Below, one piece after another: positions 29,029-38,836 of a stretch of 64,000 nucleotides of DNA. The DNA comes from Candidatus Aenigmatarchaeota archaeon. Its GTDB lineage: Archaea; EX4484-52. The position numbers and the translations under genes are program-made. The notes under the pieces are model-generated. The model saw only the letters and a program-made list of their open reading frames with translations. It did no database searches and was not told the DNA's origin. Where the stretch lies: positions 39,168 to 103,167 of the forward strand of contig JAGLPV010000015.1 of the NCBI GenBank assembly GCA_023137195.1, written 5' to 3'. Positions within the stretch are counted from its first letter, which is position 1; each line of letters opens with the position of its first letter.

Positions 29029-30183
29029 ATGAAAATTGCAATAATAGGAACAGGACTTACTAATTTTGGAGAACATTGGGACAAAAACCTCTCTGATTTA
29101 GCATTTGAAGCAGGAATACAGGCAATAACAGATGCAGAAATTACCAGCAAGGATATTGACTCAATGTACCTGGGGAATATGAGTGCCGGAAGATTCACAG
29201 GACAGGATCATCTCGGGGCATTTTTTGCAGATAAAATCGGATTGACTGTTCCTTCCACCCGTATTGAAGGTGCATGTGCCTCTGGTGCTCTTGCACTTCG
29301 ATGCGGTATAAATTCTATACTTGCCGGTGAATCAAAGGTTGTAATGGTGGGTGGTGCGGAAAAAATGACGGATGTTTCCACTGCCAATGTCACAACAGGG
29401 CTCATGGGTGCAGGAGATGAAGAATGGGAAGGTGAAGTCGGCGCAACGTTTCCTTCTCTTTATGCTCTGATGGCTCAAAGATACATCCATGAGTTTGGTG
29501 CAAAAAAAGAGTATATTTCTTATGCAGCGGTAAAAAATCATTATCATGCTTCTATGAATCCTACTGCCCAGTTTCCAAAAGAAATCACGCTGGATACTGT
29601 TATGAATGCTACTATGGTAGCAGACCCGCTAACTTTATTTGACTGTTCTCCTATTACTGACGGCGCAGCAGCAGTAATTATTGCAGATGAGGCGACCGCA
29701 AAAAAATATACGGATTCTCCCATATATATTACTGCCTCTACACAGGCACAGGACACTTTAGCCCTCCATAACAGGAAAAGCCTGACGACATTGAATGCAA
29801 CTGTGATGGCAGGGAAAAAAGCATTGGCTCAGTCAAACAAGACAATAAAAGATATTGATTTGTGCGAAGTCCATGACTGCTTTACGATAGCAGAAATCCT
29901 TGCAATAGAGGACTTGGGCTTCTTTGAGAAAGGAAAAGGTGCTCTTGCAACATACAATAAAGAAACTACGCTAAACCATGGAGAAGTAACAATAAACTCT
30001 TCCGGTGGACTTAAAGCATGCGGACATCCTGTGGGGGCAACCGGAATAAAGCAGATTGTTGAAGTTGTAGAACAATTGAAAGGAACCTGTGGGAAGAGAC
30101 AGGTAAAGGATGCAGAAGTCGGCATGACACACAATGTCGGCGGAAGCGGGGCAACTGCGGTTGTTCATGTTCTTGAAAAATAA
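29029..30183 (+). CDS. Archaeal thiolase (acetyl-CoA acetyltransferase)
   Basis: EGACASG, CSPITDGAAA, EVHDCFT, SGGLKACGHPVGATG, HNVGG. Confidence 0.93.
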   Translation: MKIAIIGTGLTNFGEHWDKNLSDLAFEAGIQAITDAEITSKDIDSMYLGNMSAGRFTGQDHLGAFFADKIGLTVPSTRIEGACASGALALRCGINSILAGESKVVMVGGAEKMTDVSTANVTTGLMGAGDEEWEGEVGATFPSLYALMAQRYIHEFGAKKEYISYAAVKNHYHASMNPTAQFPKEITLDTVMNATMVADPLTLFDCSPITDGAAAVIIADEATAKKYTDSPIYITASTQAQDTLALHNRKSLTTLNATVMAGKKALAQSNKTIKDIDLCEVHDCFTIAEILAIEDLGFFEKGKGALATYNKETTLNHGEVTINSSGGLKACGHPVGATGIKQIVEVVEQLKGTCGKRQVKDAEVGMTHNVGGSGATAVVHVLEK

Positions 30184-30437
30184 TCCCCTAAGAAGTGATT
30201 TGTTTGGGTTTGTGCGTACTGTCTCCTAACTATATCGCGGCACAAAAGTAATCATGGAAGTTTCCTTGAGATATGCAATACTTCCAAGATTTTTTTCTTG
30301 TTTTCTTACGATTATGCAACAACAAAAAAATGCAAGTATTGTGGCGTGATATACTAGCAGAATACATAAATACTATCAAATACCAATTATATTTTTTTGC
30401 ATTATTTATGTGTTCTGCTATATTCTTTTGTGTAATC

Positions 30438-31532
30438 CTAAATTAGCAAACAATATAAATAATTCAAAAGCAGGATTATTATAAAACTGGCAACAAATGC
30501 CTTGAGCAAATCCTCTTTTTGGGCATATTCCTGCTTGTTGTAATAAATTAGTGCAATTAGAGCCGAAGCGAAAATTATCCAAAACCAGTATGTACTGCAT
30601 GTTTTAGCAGAAACATCTTTTGATATTATGTTGTCTCCATCCTCTGTTGCTATTCCTGCCGGTGAAATATCAGAAGTCACAATAATAAATCCGGTTTTGT
30701 ATATTTTTTTTCCCCTTACATCAAGTGCTATTTTTACCTTGTATTTCCCGTCCTTTATTTCCTCTCTGTCCCTCCACAATACTGTGCTTTTTCTTAGGTC
30801 ACTATCTCCCAATAACATTGTTCCTAAATTTTCCTTTTCAAAAATAATATCATCATACTCATCATATATTTTTATTGCTTTTGCTTCAAAAGGCACTGTG
30901 ATTGTTCCTGTGTTTTTAACATGATAATCCACATATACGGAATTCTTGTTTGTTCTTCGCCCTTCTATCTGGGAAATTTCTCCATCTATTGAAACTTTTC
31001 CCGGGACCCTGAATATTATCGATGGTCTTGTAAGGGCAACCAAATTAACGGTTGGTCTTCCTATCTTTTTGGGTAAATTTGAACTCATAGAAATGGATAA
31101 CACATGAATTCCCGGCTCTGCATCCAATGGAACAGATATTTTTACAGGGATGACTGCATTTGGGTCGAGGTTATATTCTTTAGGAACAGGAATACTAACT
31201 GATGAGGAAGAACTAAATTTTATATTGTCTTTTATTTCCACCCACGAAGATACATCTTCAAATGAAAGTTCCATAGGATCGTATTTGAATTTTTCCCCTG
31301 TTCCGGACTCCATAAATATATTATGGTGGGGTTGAATATAACTGGTGCTTAAAACTATCTTTTCCTCAGAATCTGTAGCTACAAATATATAATTCGTTAT
31401 AATTTCTCCTTTTGAGATTGTCCCGAAATTTGAAATGAGAGGCGTTGCACCCACAGAATAGCCGGATGCATCAAAAGAAAATAAATACATTGCTGTAATG
31501 GCAAAATAAATAAAAAACTTTGATTTAAACAT
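30438..31532 (-). CDS. Membrane-anchored surface protein (two beta-sandwich domains, C-terminal TMs)
   Basis: Signal peptide, VPLDAEPG and VKNTGTI motifs, two C-terminal TM helices. Confidence 0.7.
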   Translation of the reverse strand: MFKSKFFIYFAITAMYLFSFDASGYSVGATPLISNFGTISKGEIITNYIFVATDSEEKIVLSTSYIQPHHNIFMESGTGEKFKYDPMELSFEDVSSWVEIKDNIKFSSSSSVSIPVPKEYNLDPNAVIPVKISVPLDAEPGIHVLSISMSSNLPKKIGRPTVNLVALTRPSIIFRVPGKVSIDGEISQIEGRRTNKNSVYVDYHVKNTGTITVPFEAKAIKIYDEYDDIIFEKENLGTMLLGDSDLRKSTVLWRDREEIKDGKYKVKIALDVRGKKIYKTGFIIVTSDISPAGIATEDGDNIISKDVSAKTCSTYWFWIIFASALIALIYYNKQEYAQKEDLLKAFVASFIIILLLNYLYCLLI

Positions 31533-31561
31533 AGATACTAAAAGAACCAATGTTTTTATAA

Positions 31562-31972
31562 TTATCCGGTATTATCCGGCTCTGTGTCTGGTTCAATTAA
31601 TTTTATTTTGAAAAACCGCTCCAGCTTGCTTATTGTTGAATCATCAGGAGTAAATTCCCCATGCTCTATTTTTTTCATAATGCTTTCTTTGATGTTGAGC
31701 TTATTGGCAAGATCCTTTATTGTAAGTCCCTGCTGCTGGCGTTTTTTCTGAATCAATAGGTTAAAATTGCCTTTCAATTCTCTTTCATTTTCAGAAAAAA
31801 TATCCTCTTTGTCTTCTGATTGTTTTTCAAAAACATATGGTTTGCTTTCCGGCTCTTTTTCTATTACTTTGCCCCGATTAGCACAATTTGGGCACACATA
31901 CATAGAACTTCCTTCAATTTCACAATTAATTAATTCCCTGCATTCCTTACTACAAATTTCACACTCTTCCAT
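31562..31972 (-). CDS. mbf1: Archaeal multiprotein bridging factor 1 (Zn ribbon + HTH)
   Basis: CEIC...IEG...VCPNCANRG, HTH GLTIKDLANKL...IEHG, KLERFFKIKL. Confidence 0.9.
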   Translation of the reverse strand: MEECEICSKECRELINCEIEGSSMYVCPNCANRGKVIEKEPESKPYVFEKQSEDKEDIFSENERELKGNFNLLIQKKRQQQGLTIKDLANKLNIKESIMKKIEHGEFTPDDSTISKLERFFKIKLIEPDTEPDNTG

Positions 31973-31985
31973 AAAAACACCTTTA

Positions 31986-32060
31986 TGGTCTGAGTGAGAC
32001 TTGAACTCACGACTTCTGCGTTATCAGCGCAGCGCTCTAACCAAACTGAGCCACCAGACC
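31986..32060 (-). tRNA. tRNA-Ile (GAU)
   Basis: GGTCTGG...CTGCG CT GAT AA CGCAG...GTGAG TTCAAGT CTCAC TCAGACC A cloverleaf; CCA not encoded. Confidence 0.95.
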
Positions 32061-32139
32061 GTTTTTTGGCAGTGTATGCTAATTCAATCCCCCTATGTAT
32101 TTTTTGCATGAGTAGAGGTTGTGAAAAAAGATTCCCCTA

Positions 32140-32162
32140 CTGACCAACTGAGCTACAAGACG
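32140..32162 (-). other. Orphan tRNA 5' fragment (acceptor strand + D arm)
   Basis: CGTCTTG TA GCTC AGTTGGTCAG, then diverges from tRNA consensus. Confidence 0.5.
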
Positions 32163-32234
32163 GTTTTATTGCTTTAACTACCAAGTGATTAATTAAGAAT
32201 TATAATTTTAAATAATTACTTTTATCTGATTGAT

Positions 32235-32978
32235 ATGGATAAAATCTACGATTTACTTGTCTGCCCGGAAAATACCACTAAAGAAGAACTTGACAAATTC
32301 GTCGAAATTGGACAGGAACTGAACCTATCCGGGTTGTGTTTTTGTTTTAAAGGAGAATCAATAAAAGAAGCAGATAATATGAAATCTATTGTTGAAACAA
32401 TGAAGAGAAGCAAAAAAACAAAGATGGAAATTTTCTTTGGAATCATAATCTCTGAGGCAAAAAAAGAAAAGATGATTCAAAAAATAAATTTATTTAGAAA
32501 TATGGCGGACATAATCGCAGTAAAAGCACTCAACTCTCCAATGCAAAGAGCAATATGTGAAAATAAAAAAACAGATTTGCTTATCCGGAATTATGTTGTT
32601 GCGCCTGAATCACATAAAGAAGGGTATTTTGACAAAATCATGACGGATTTATGCAAAAAAAACAATGTCGCAAATACCATATTGTTTTCTGATTTAATAA
32701 CATTTTATAAAACAAAAAGAGCAAATTACATTAAATTCGTAAAAAGTGATTTGATGCTATTTAATAAAAGAAAAGCACCTTTTGTTGTTGTGAGTGCCGC
32801 AAAGACTCCTTCTGAATTAAGAGATGCTTATTCTTTGCTGTCCATTGTAAAAATATTTGAAAAGGACAATGAATACAGGAAAACTATAGGGAATAACTCA
32901 GTCAACATAATAGAAAAAATAAAAGCGAAAATGAGTGAAAATTACATCTCAGAAGGAATAAATACTAAAAATATATAA
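32235..32978 (+). CDS. rnp3: RNase P protein Rpp30
   Basis: PHP-like fold, RAICENKKTDLL, CKKNNVA, PFVVVSAAKTPSELR. Confidence 0.8.
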   Translation: MDKIYDLLVCPENTTKEELDKFVEIGQELNLSGLCFCFKGESIKEADNMKSIVETMKRSKKTKMEIFFGIIISEAKKEKMIQKINLFRNMADIIAVKALNSPMQRAICENKKTDLLIRNYVVAPESHKEGYFDKIMTDLCKKNNVANTILFSDLITFYKTKRANYIKFVKSDLMLFNKRKAPFVVVSAAKTPSELRDAYSLLSIVKIFEKDNEYRKTIGNNSVNIIEKIKAKMSENYISEGINTKNI

Positions 32979-32999
32979 ATGTAAACAAATAATAAGATT

Positions 33000-33590
33000 A
33001 TGGTGCCGCATTTAAAAGGAATTCTGGATCAAATTATAGATATATCTAATTTAAAACTTGGGATTTACCAGTCTAAAACAAAATATATCGCGGAATTCGG
33101 CTTTTATTCCATGATTGCTTATTTTACGCCTATTCTTTTTATGCATCATCAGTTGTACACAGGTGTACTTGTAAATTCTATGCTTATTGCTGGTGCGCTA
33201 TATATGAAAGGGAAAAATCTGATTCCTCTGATAGTACTTCCGAGCGTGGGTGCCTTGTCACAAGGGTATTTGTTTGGCTCTCTTGGTGTTTACCTGTTTT
33301 ATATGCTGCCTTTTATATGGGTCGGCAATGCACTCCTTATATTTTTAATAAAAACAGTTTACCTGAAAAAGAAAAAACATTTCGTCTCAGGGATATTATT
33401 TGGAAGCGCATTGAAAAGCGTTTTTTTATTTGGTTGTGCTTTTGCCTTATTTTCTGCAGGTATGGTGCCAAAAATGTTCCTTGTTGCATTTGGAACTATG
33501 CAATTCACAACTGCCTTTTTTGCAGGAATGGTCATATGGCCATTGAATGAATTGCGCTTAAAGCTAAATAAAAAAGCATTATCCGGATAA
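33000..33590 (+). CDS. Membrane protein, ECF S-component-like
   Basis: QLYTGVLVNSML, LPS, MLPFIWVGN, QFTTA; ~6 TM helices. Confidence 0.65.
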   Translation: MVPHLKGILDQIIDISNLKLGIYQSKTKYIAEFGFYSMIAYFTPILFMHHQLYTGVLVNSMLIAGALYMKGKNLIPLIVLPSVGALSQGYLFGSLGVYLFYMLPFIWVGNALLIFLIKTVYLKKKKHFVSGILFGSALKSVFLFGCAFALFSAGMVPKMFLVAFGTMQFTTAFFAGMVIWPLNELRLKLNKKALSG

Positions 33591-33592
33591 TT

Positions 33593-34021
33593 ATGAAGAA
33601 AACTACTATAAAAAAAACAATTGGTTGTGTTGAAATAATAACCCTAAAAGGGACTCTTTGTTCAAAAAAAGTTGTTGCTCTTATCGATACCGGCGCAACA
33701 TACACATGCATCGACAAAAAAATAGCAGAAGAAATCGGATTTGAAAAAATTACAAGGCACATAAAAATTAAATTAAAAGCATCTGAAGAAAATTTCGTGA
33801 GGCGACCGGTCATAAAAACATGTGTGGGGCTGGATGGAGCTGTCTTTGATGTAGAAGCAAATATTGAAGACCGGTCTAATATGACCTTTCCTGTAATTGT
33901 CGGGAGAAATGTATTGTACAATCATTTCCTTGTTGATGTTGAAAAAAACAATACTTCATTTATTATAACTGAACAAAAAGATTCCTTTGGGGAAAAAATC
34001 AAGGATTTGACTGAAAATTAA
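33593..34021 (+). CDS. Retropepsin-like putative protease (RimK-associated family)
   Basis: ALIDTGA, RRPVI, DRSNMTFPVIVGRNVL. Confidence 0.8.
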   Translation: MKKTTIKKTIGCVEIITLKGTLCSKKVVALIDTGATYTCIDKKIAEEIGFEKITRHIKIKLKASEENFVRRPVIKTCVGLDGAVFDVEANIEDRSNMTFPVIVGRNVLYNHFLVDVEKNNTSFIITEQKDSFGEKIKDLTEN

Positions 34022-34088
34022 GATTAAATAAATTCCAAAAGTATATAATATCAATATGTACTTATATTTATAGGGAAATGTGAATCAT

Positions 34089-34457
34089 ATGTCAAATAAA
34101 TGTGTTAAGTGTGGAAAATTGCATCCTGACGATGCAAAATATTTGATTAATGGGTGTGATGTGTGTGGCGCAAAGTTCTTTTTTTATGTTAATGAAAATG
34201 ATGAGAAAAAAGCAGAAAAACTATCTGCAAATTTGACTAAAAAACAAATTACTGAAATGGAGAGGGATGTTCGCGCTATCATCAAAAATAAAAAAAATGA
34301 TATTCTTGTGTTGAGTATTGAAGCAGTAAGGGTTTTGTCGCCGGGAAAATATGAATTGGATTTAATTAATTTGTTTAATCAAAAACCTCTTGTTATTAAA
34401 ATAGGCGAGGGGAAATATCGGATTGATATGACGGAAATACCTCGAAAAGAGAGATGA
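34089..34457 (+). CDS. Zn-ribbon protein (DUF2072/OapC-like)
   Basis: CVKCG...INGCDVCGAKFFFY, EAVRVLSPGKYELDL..LF, EGKY.I. Confidence 0.85.
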   Translation: MSNKCVKCGKLHPDDAKYLINGCDVCGAKFFFYVNENDEKKAEKLSANLTKKQITEMERDVRAIIKNKKNDILVLSIEAVRVLSPGKYELDLINLFNQKPLVIKIGEGKYRIDMTEIPRKER

Positions 34458-34471
34458 AATGTTTGTTTATT

Positions 34472-34685
34472 GGGATTAGGAGTGGTTTCTGTAGTCTTAC
34501 GGAAATTGTTGGAAATTGTGTTCCTTATGCTTACGACATTTTTCTGCAGTCTTACGGAAATTGCGTGCAGAAAAATACCATGAAAATCGCTGGGCTTACG
34601 GTGTTACCGCGCTTTTCAAGGTTAAAAAGGGTTCACTGCGGAATTCACTCCTAGGTGAATTCCTTTGTTACTCCTTTTTAATCCC
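34472..34685 (+). ncRNA. Candidate structured non-coding RNA with four CUUACG-containing hairpin loops
   Basis: Closing stem GGGATTA-GGAGTGG / TTACTCC-TAATCCC; CTTACG at 34496, 34530, 34551, 34595 in hairpin loops; perfect hairpin GGAATTCAC/GTGAATTCC at 34640-34663; G-U pairs favour the + strand. Confidence 0.5.
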
Positions 34686-34799
34686 GTCGCCCGGACTTGA
34701 ACCGGGAACAACTCGGTTACTGCTAACCAAATGCCTGCTGGCAAAAAGCGCAATGCACTCTTCTACAGCCGAGCACTCTACCAATTGAGTTACAACGGG
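34682..34799 (-). tRNA. tRNA-Tyr (GUA) with 45-nt canonical 37/38 intron (34718-34762)
   Basis: C1-G72 acceptor CCCGTTG/CGACGGG; CTCGG CT GTA G [intron] A CCGAG; CTGT/GCAG central helix of a BHB motif. Confidence 0.95.
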
Positions 34800-34854
34800 G
34801 TATGTATATAATAGGTGTTAATTTTTAAAACATAATCTATCGTTATAAATATAT

Positions 34855-35187
34855 ATGAGATACAAAACAATTGTAAAAAATAAAAAAGAGCAGTCCATCA
34901 TTGCAAAAACAAGGATTGAGCTTTTATATGCGCTGGCTTTGGATTCCTTGAGAAAAAAAGATATTGTTTTGGCAAGAAACAGTATAAAAAACATGATAAA
35001 AATCTCAAGAAAAAATAAGATTTCATTGAAAGATTACAACTGGTTTTTCTGCAAAAAATGCTTTGAGCCTTATGGTGTGGATACGATTGATATTTCTACA
35101 AATAAACATACGAAAACGCTAGATGTTCTTTGTAAAAATTGCGGATATGTCCGGAGAAAGCCATTGCAAAAAAATATTAATTCATAG
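34855..35187 (+). CDS. rnp4: RNase P protein Rpp21
   Basis: IAKTRIELL, FCKKC, CKNCGYVRR. Confidence 0.88.
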   Translation: MRYKTIVKNKKEQSIIAKTRIELLYALALDSLRKKDIVLARNSIKNMIKISRKNKISLKDYNWFFCKKCFEPYGVDTIDISTNKHTKTLDVLCKNCGYVRRKPLQKNINS

Positions 35188-36136
35188 GGCTTCTTTTAAC
35201 GGCTTGTATAAAACATACGCTCGTGGATAAATCCCCGTTAGAAATATCCTTAAATTTTACTGTAAGTTTCTTTCTTTGGATTCCTGAATTTAGTGTTGTT
35301 TTAATATCACGTATAATTTTAAAACCATTTTTATTTAAAAGATGCATATGGGTGGAATGCGGTGCTCTGTTTATTAAAAATTTTTTTCTTCCTGTTATGA
35401 ATTTCCATTCAAAATCAGAATAAGTCCAATGTCCATTCCATCTTCCTGATGTTCCGTGAGATTTAAAATCAATAGTATGGCTCATAAAACCATTTGGCTT
35501 CAACCATTTATACATACTTTCATAACTATGATTTAATTCAGTTACATGTTCCATAACTGCCTGAGAATATATCATGTCCACTGATTCTGGAATTATTACA
35601 TTTGTATCATTCCAAGGTATAAAATATTTAATGACTATTTTTCCTTTGTCCTCATTTGGGTTTACAAGTGCATTTCTTATGGAATCTAATCTTTTTGAAT
35701 TTAACATTTTTTTAAGATGTTTTTCTGTTAAAATTTGTATTGGAAACTCATAATTATCTAAGTCTGGTTTGACTCGAGGATATTCATCTGGACCAGGTAT
35801 ATTTTCTTTTTTTTTAAACAAGTCCGCTAATTCTTCAAATATCTTAATGTTTTTCTCCTTATTCCAGTATTTTACTACATCAAGAGCATAATATTTATCT
35901 GCTCCGCAAATTAAAGCTGCAATTCCAACGCCCAATGAATCGCCCGGTCCAAGTTCTGCAATAGTTGAAGGAATTTTAAAACCGTTTTTATGGGCCAAAC
36001 AAAGATGTCTTAGCCAAATAGAGTAACAATATCTTGCTTCATCAGTACCGCCTGTACTTTTATGTAAATTTATAATTTTTTCTATACCAGGTATATTTTT
36101 TATTATTGATTTTATTAATAATTTAAACCCAATCAT
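35177..36136 (-). CDS. Class I SAM-dependent methyltransferase
   Basis: ELGPGDSLG, DMIYSQAVMEHV, LKPNG. Confidence 0.85.
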   Translation of the reverse strand: MIGFKLLIKSIIKNIPGIEKIINLHKSTGGTDEARYCYSIWLRHLCLAHKNGFKIPSTIAELGPGDSLGVGIAALICGADKYYALDVVKYWNKEKNIKIFEELADLFKKKENIPGPDEYPRVKPDLDNYEFPIQILTEKHLKKMLNSKRLDSIRNALVNPNEDKGKIVIKYFIPWNDTNVIIPESVDMIYSQAVMEHVTELNHSYESMYKWLKPNGFMSHTIDFKSHGTSGRWNGHWTYSDFEWKFITGRKKFLINRAPHSTHMHLLNKNGFKIIRDIKTTLNSGIQRKKLTVKFKDISNGDLSTSVCFIQAVKRSPMN

Positions 36137-36303
36137 TATCTAAAATTAGTATATGCAATTAAATAATTATTCTTTCTTCCTTGATATTTTTGAGCATTAT
36201 TGTTAACATTTCAACAAATAAATCTGCAAAACCCCAGAATATCCTATGTAAAAACTACAGATATGCCAAAATAAAAACCCCTTGCAAACACGATTTTACT
36301 GAT

Positions 36304-38802
36304 TTAATAACTATAAAGTGACGTTTCTTCTGACTCATCCAAAATACTTGTTTTTTCTGATTCAGTATTGTTGTCGATATTATTTTCTTTTATTAACTTA
36401 AATATCTTTATTTCTTCATTGTCAAAGACTTTTTCCAAAAAAGGAATATTGTGACCATCAAAAATATACAACCTTGCAAAATTTGAAATCCCGGGAGTTT
36501 TTGTCGGATATGGAATGTATGTGCCGTATTTTGAAAACAGCATGCAGAAATCAGCTACATTGCTTGTTTCGTTCGGAGCTAAATCAACAAGACCATCTTG
36601 AGTGCATAAGTATTTTATTTTCATATTTTGCATTCCCTGCGTCAGCATTATATTTCCCATCAAACCGCCGTTTTCATTCAAAGGAACCGAAATGATGCCT
36701 CCTCCGAAATTAAATATTGCAACAGTTATGTTGTTTTTCTTTTCCAGTTGTGGTTGAGGTAATGGCGAAAAATAATTCTCTGGCTTCTTGAATAAGTTGT
36801 CCTCTTCATAATAGTCGTTCTGTCCGGCATAATGACCTATCCTGCTCATCATAGGGTACTTTCCAATTAATGTCCTGTCTACTACCATATAGTCTGCCTG
36901 GTACTCTATCATCAAATCTTTTATGTGAGTTATGTTTGTATCTGTAAACATTTGTGCAAGATGCTCATTTACTGTATTATTAGCATTCATTCCATCTGCT
37001 GTACTTCTTCTGTTACCTGCCGTCTGGAACCAATATCCATAATCCCACCAACTCATGATTGCCGCATCTTCGGGCGTATTGTGTTTCATCCACTTCATTG
37101 ATTCCTGCCATTTTGAATCAAATGTAAGCCCTGTGTATTTGTTTACAACATAAGCAGAAGAAATATTTACAGAGATAAAACACACGGCGATAAAAATAAC
37201 AGCAATTGCTTTTGCAAAGGGAATTATATTAATTGTCTCATCCTCTTCATTTTGAACATCTTCTTTTTTTGAAGAAGAACGTTCTTTTATTTTTTCAAAA
37301 AAATCAATTGTTTTTTGGTTTTTAATTAAACTCCGGCTTCCCTCATATAAATATGAAGCACCCATCCCTGCCATTATACAAAAAGGAGCTCCCAGAATAA
37401 ACATGACTCTTATGTACTTTAATGATCCGTGGATGGATGAAGCCATCCATAAAACAATTAAAATGATGCCAATATTTGTACTGTAAAATGAGATAAAAAA
37501 CACAAAAGCAATCAGACCGTAATAAAAATTAAAGTAACCTAAAAGAGGAACAGCAATCAATGCAAGATAAAAGATATCTTTATTTTTATATTCTCCTCTC
37601 TTTTTATACAACTCATAAAATATAAATATCAAAAATATCCATAATAGAGAAGTTACGCTAAAATAAGACAGGATTGTTCCTGGTATGTTGTAGGACTTGT
37701 CCTGATTGAACAAAGGAGTATTCAAAACCTGTTGCATATAGCTTATTCCTGAAGCAACACTAAATTGATTTTCTATTTGCGCAAGAGATCCAGGGGCATT
37801 TTCTGCAACAGTCGTGGTAGACACACCCTTTTCTAAAGCCACAAGCCCTGTTACTGACTTAATTAAACCAGCACATGAAGGAATAAAAAAAGAGCCGATA
37901 AATACCATAAAAATAACGCCCGTTATTGACACAGGAATAATGTATTTGTGCATGGATTTGTCTTTTACTTTCTTCTGGGCAAAATAAACAAAACAAATCA
38001 ACGCGGATAATCCTAAAAGCAATTGTCCATTTGCATATAATGGAGAAACTGAAATTCTTTTAAATCCCAGCAAAAAAGGAAGAATAACTCCCATAACGGC
38101 AATTGGAATCTGTGATTTTAAAAGTAAAGAAATATTCTTTTTTTTAAACAGGAGAAGAATAAAATAAAATCCAATAATCAAAAGCATAATTGGATTTGCA
38201 AGACCGCTTATTACATTTAAAAAACAAAAACACATTCCTCCAAGCATTGAATTGAAAATGGTGTCCTTCTTAAATGATTTTACAATATAATACATTGTCA
38301 TTATTATAAAAATACCTGCCAGAGGCTCTTTTTCGATAAACCCCGCAGATGTTCTGTATAATATGGCTGGAGTTGTCGCATAAAGAAATGCGGCGAAAAG
38401 CCCTGTTTTTTTATTCCTCAGTTGGGATGCCAGCAAATAAATCGCCAGAACCTGCAATGTTCCCATAAGCGCCGGGTAAATCCATGCAAATTTATAATAT
38501 GTAAAAAAGAATTTGAAAAAAACAGAATACAAAATTGCAGGAATATAATATGTCAATGCCAGGTTTTCATGAGGATCTCTTCCATTAGGATAATACTGCA
38601 TCAAATCATTATCCGGTAGATGAAATTCATTTTCAATTAAATGCAAACTTATCCTGTACATATAAAATGGATCTAATGCACGAAAGCAATCTACTCCTTC
38701 AACACACGTATCCATTAAATCCATCGGTATGAGTCTAATCCATAAAGAAACAAGCAAAACAAAAACAAGAAGCCCGACATAGAGATATTTGTTTTTATTC
38801 AT
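36304..38802 (-). CDS. aglB: Oligosaccharyltransferase AglB (STT3)
   Basis: DPFY, RTSAGFIEKE, TVAE, WWDYG; many TM helices. Confidence 0.95.
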   Translation of the reverse strand: MNKNKYLYVGLLVFVLLVSLWIRLIPMDLMDTCVEGVDCFRALDPFYMYRISLHLIENEFHLPDNDLMQYYPNGRDPHENLALTYYIPAILYSVFFKFFFTYYKFAWIYPALMGTLQVLAIYLLASQLRNKKTGLFAAFLYATTPAILYRTSAGFIEKEPLAGIFIIMTMYYIVKSFKKDTIFNSMLGGMCFCFLNVISGLANPIMLLIIGFYFILLLFKKKNISLLLKSQIPIAVMGVILPFLLGFKRISVSPLYANGQLLLGLSALICFVYFAQKKVKDKSMHKYIIPVSITGVIFMVFIGSFFIPSCAGLIKSVTGLVALEKGVSTTTVAENAPGSLAQIENQFSVASGISYMQQVLNTPLFNQDKSYNIPGTILSYFSVTSLLWIFLIFIFYELYKKRGEYKNKDIFYLALIAVPLLGYFNFYYGLIAFVFFISFYSTNIGIILIVLWMASSIHGSLKYIRVMFILGAPFCIMAGMGASYLYEGSRSLIKNQKTIDFFEKIKERSSSKKEDVQNEEDETINIIPFAKAIAVIFIAVCFISVNISSAYVVNKYTGLTFDSKWQESMKWMKHNTPEDAAIMSWWDYGYWFQTAGNRRSTADGMNANNTVNEHLAQMFTDTNITHIKDLMIEYQADYMVVDRTLIGKYPMMSRIGHYAGQNDYYEEDNLFKKPENYFSPLPQPQLEKKNNITVAIFNFGGGIISVPLNENGGLMGNIMLTQGMQNMKIKYLCTQDGLVDLAPNETSNVADFCMLFSKYGTYIPYPTKTPGISNFARLYIFDGHNIPFLEKVFDNEEIKIFKLIKENNIDNNTESEKTSILDESEETSLYSY

Positions 38803-38836
38803 ATTTGTTTACCTGTTATAATTTTAAATAGTTAAT

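Noticed and set aside
30184-30437. Possible DUF35 or other small gene after the thiolase
   Set aside because: The minus-strand frames I translated gave no credible ORF or CxxC motif, and the ORF track lists nothing fitting here
34472-34685. RNase P RNA or SRP RNA (RNase P protein genes are nearby)
   Set aside because: No GAGGAAAGUCC/CR-V or SRP helix-8 consensus on either strand
34454-34788. Short ORFs of 66 and 90 aa
   Set aside because: They overlap the structured element and tRNA-Tyr and have no protein-like motifs
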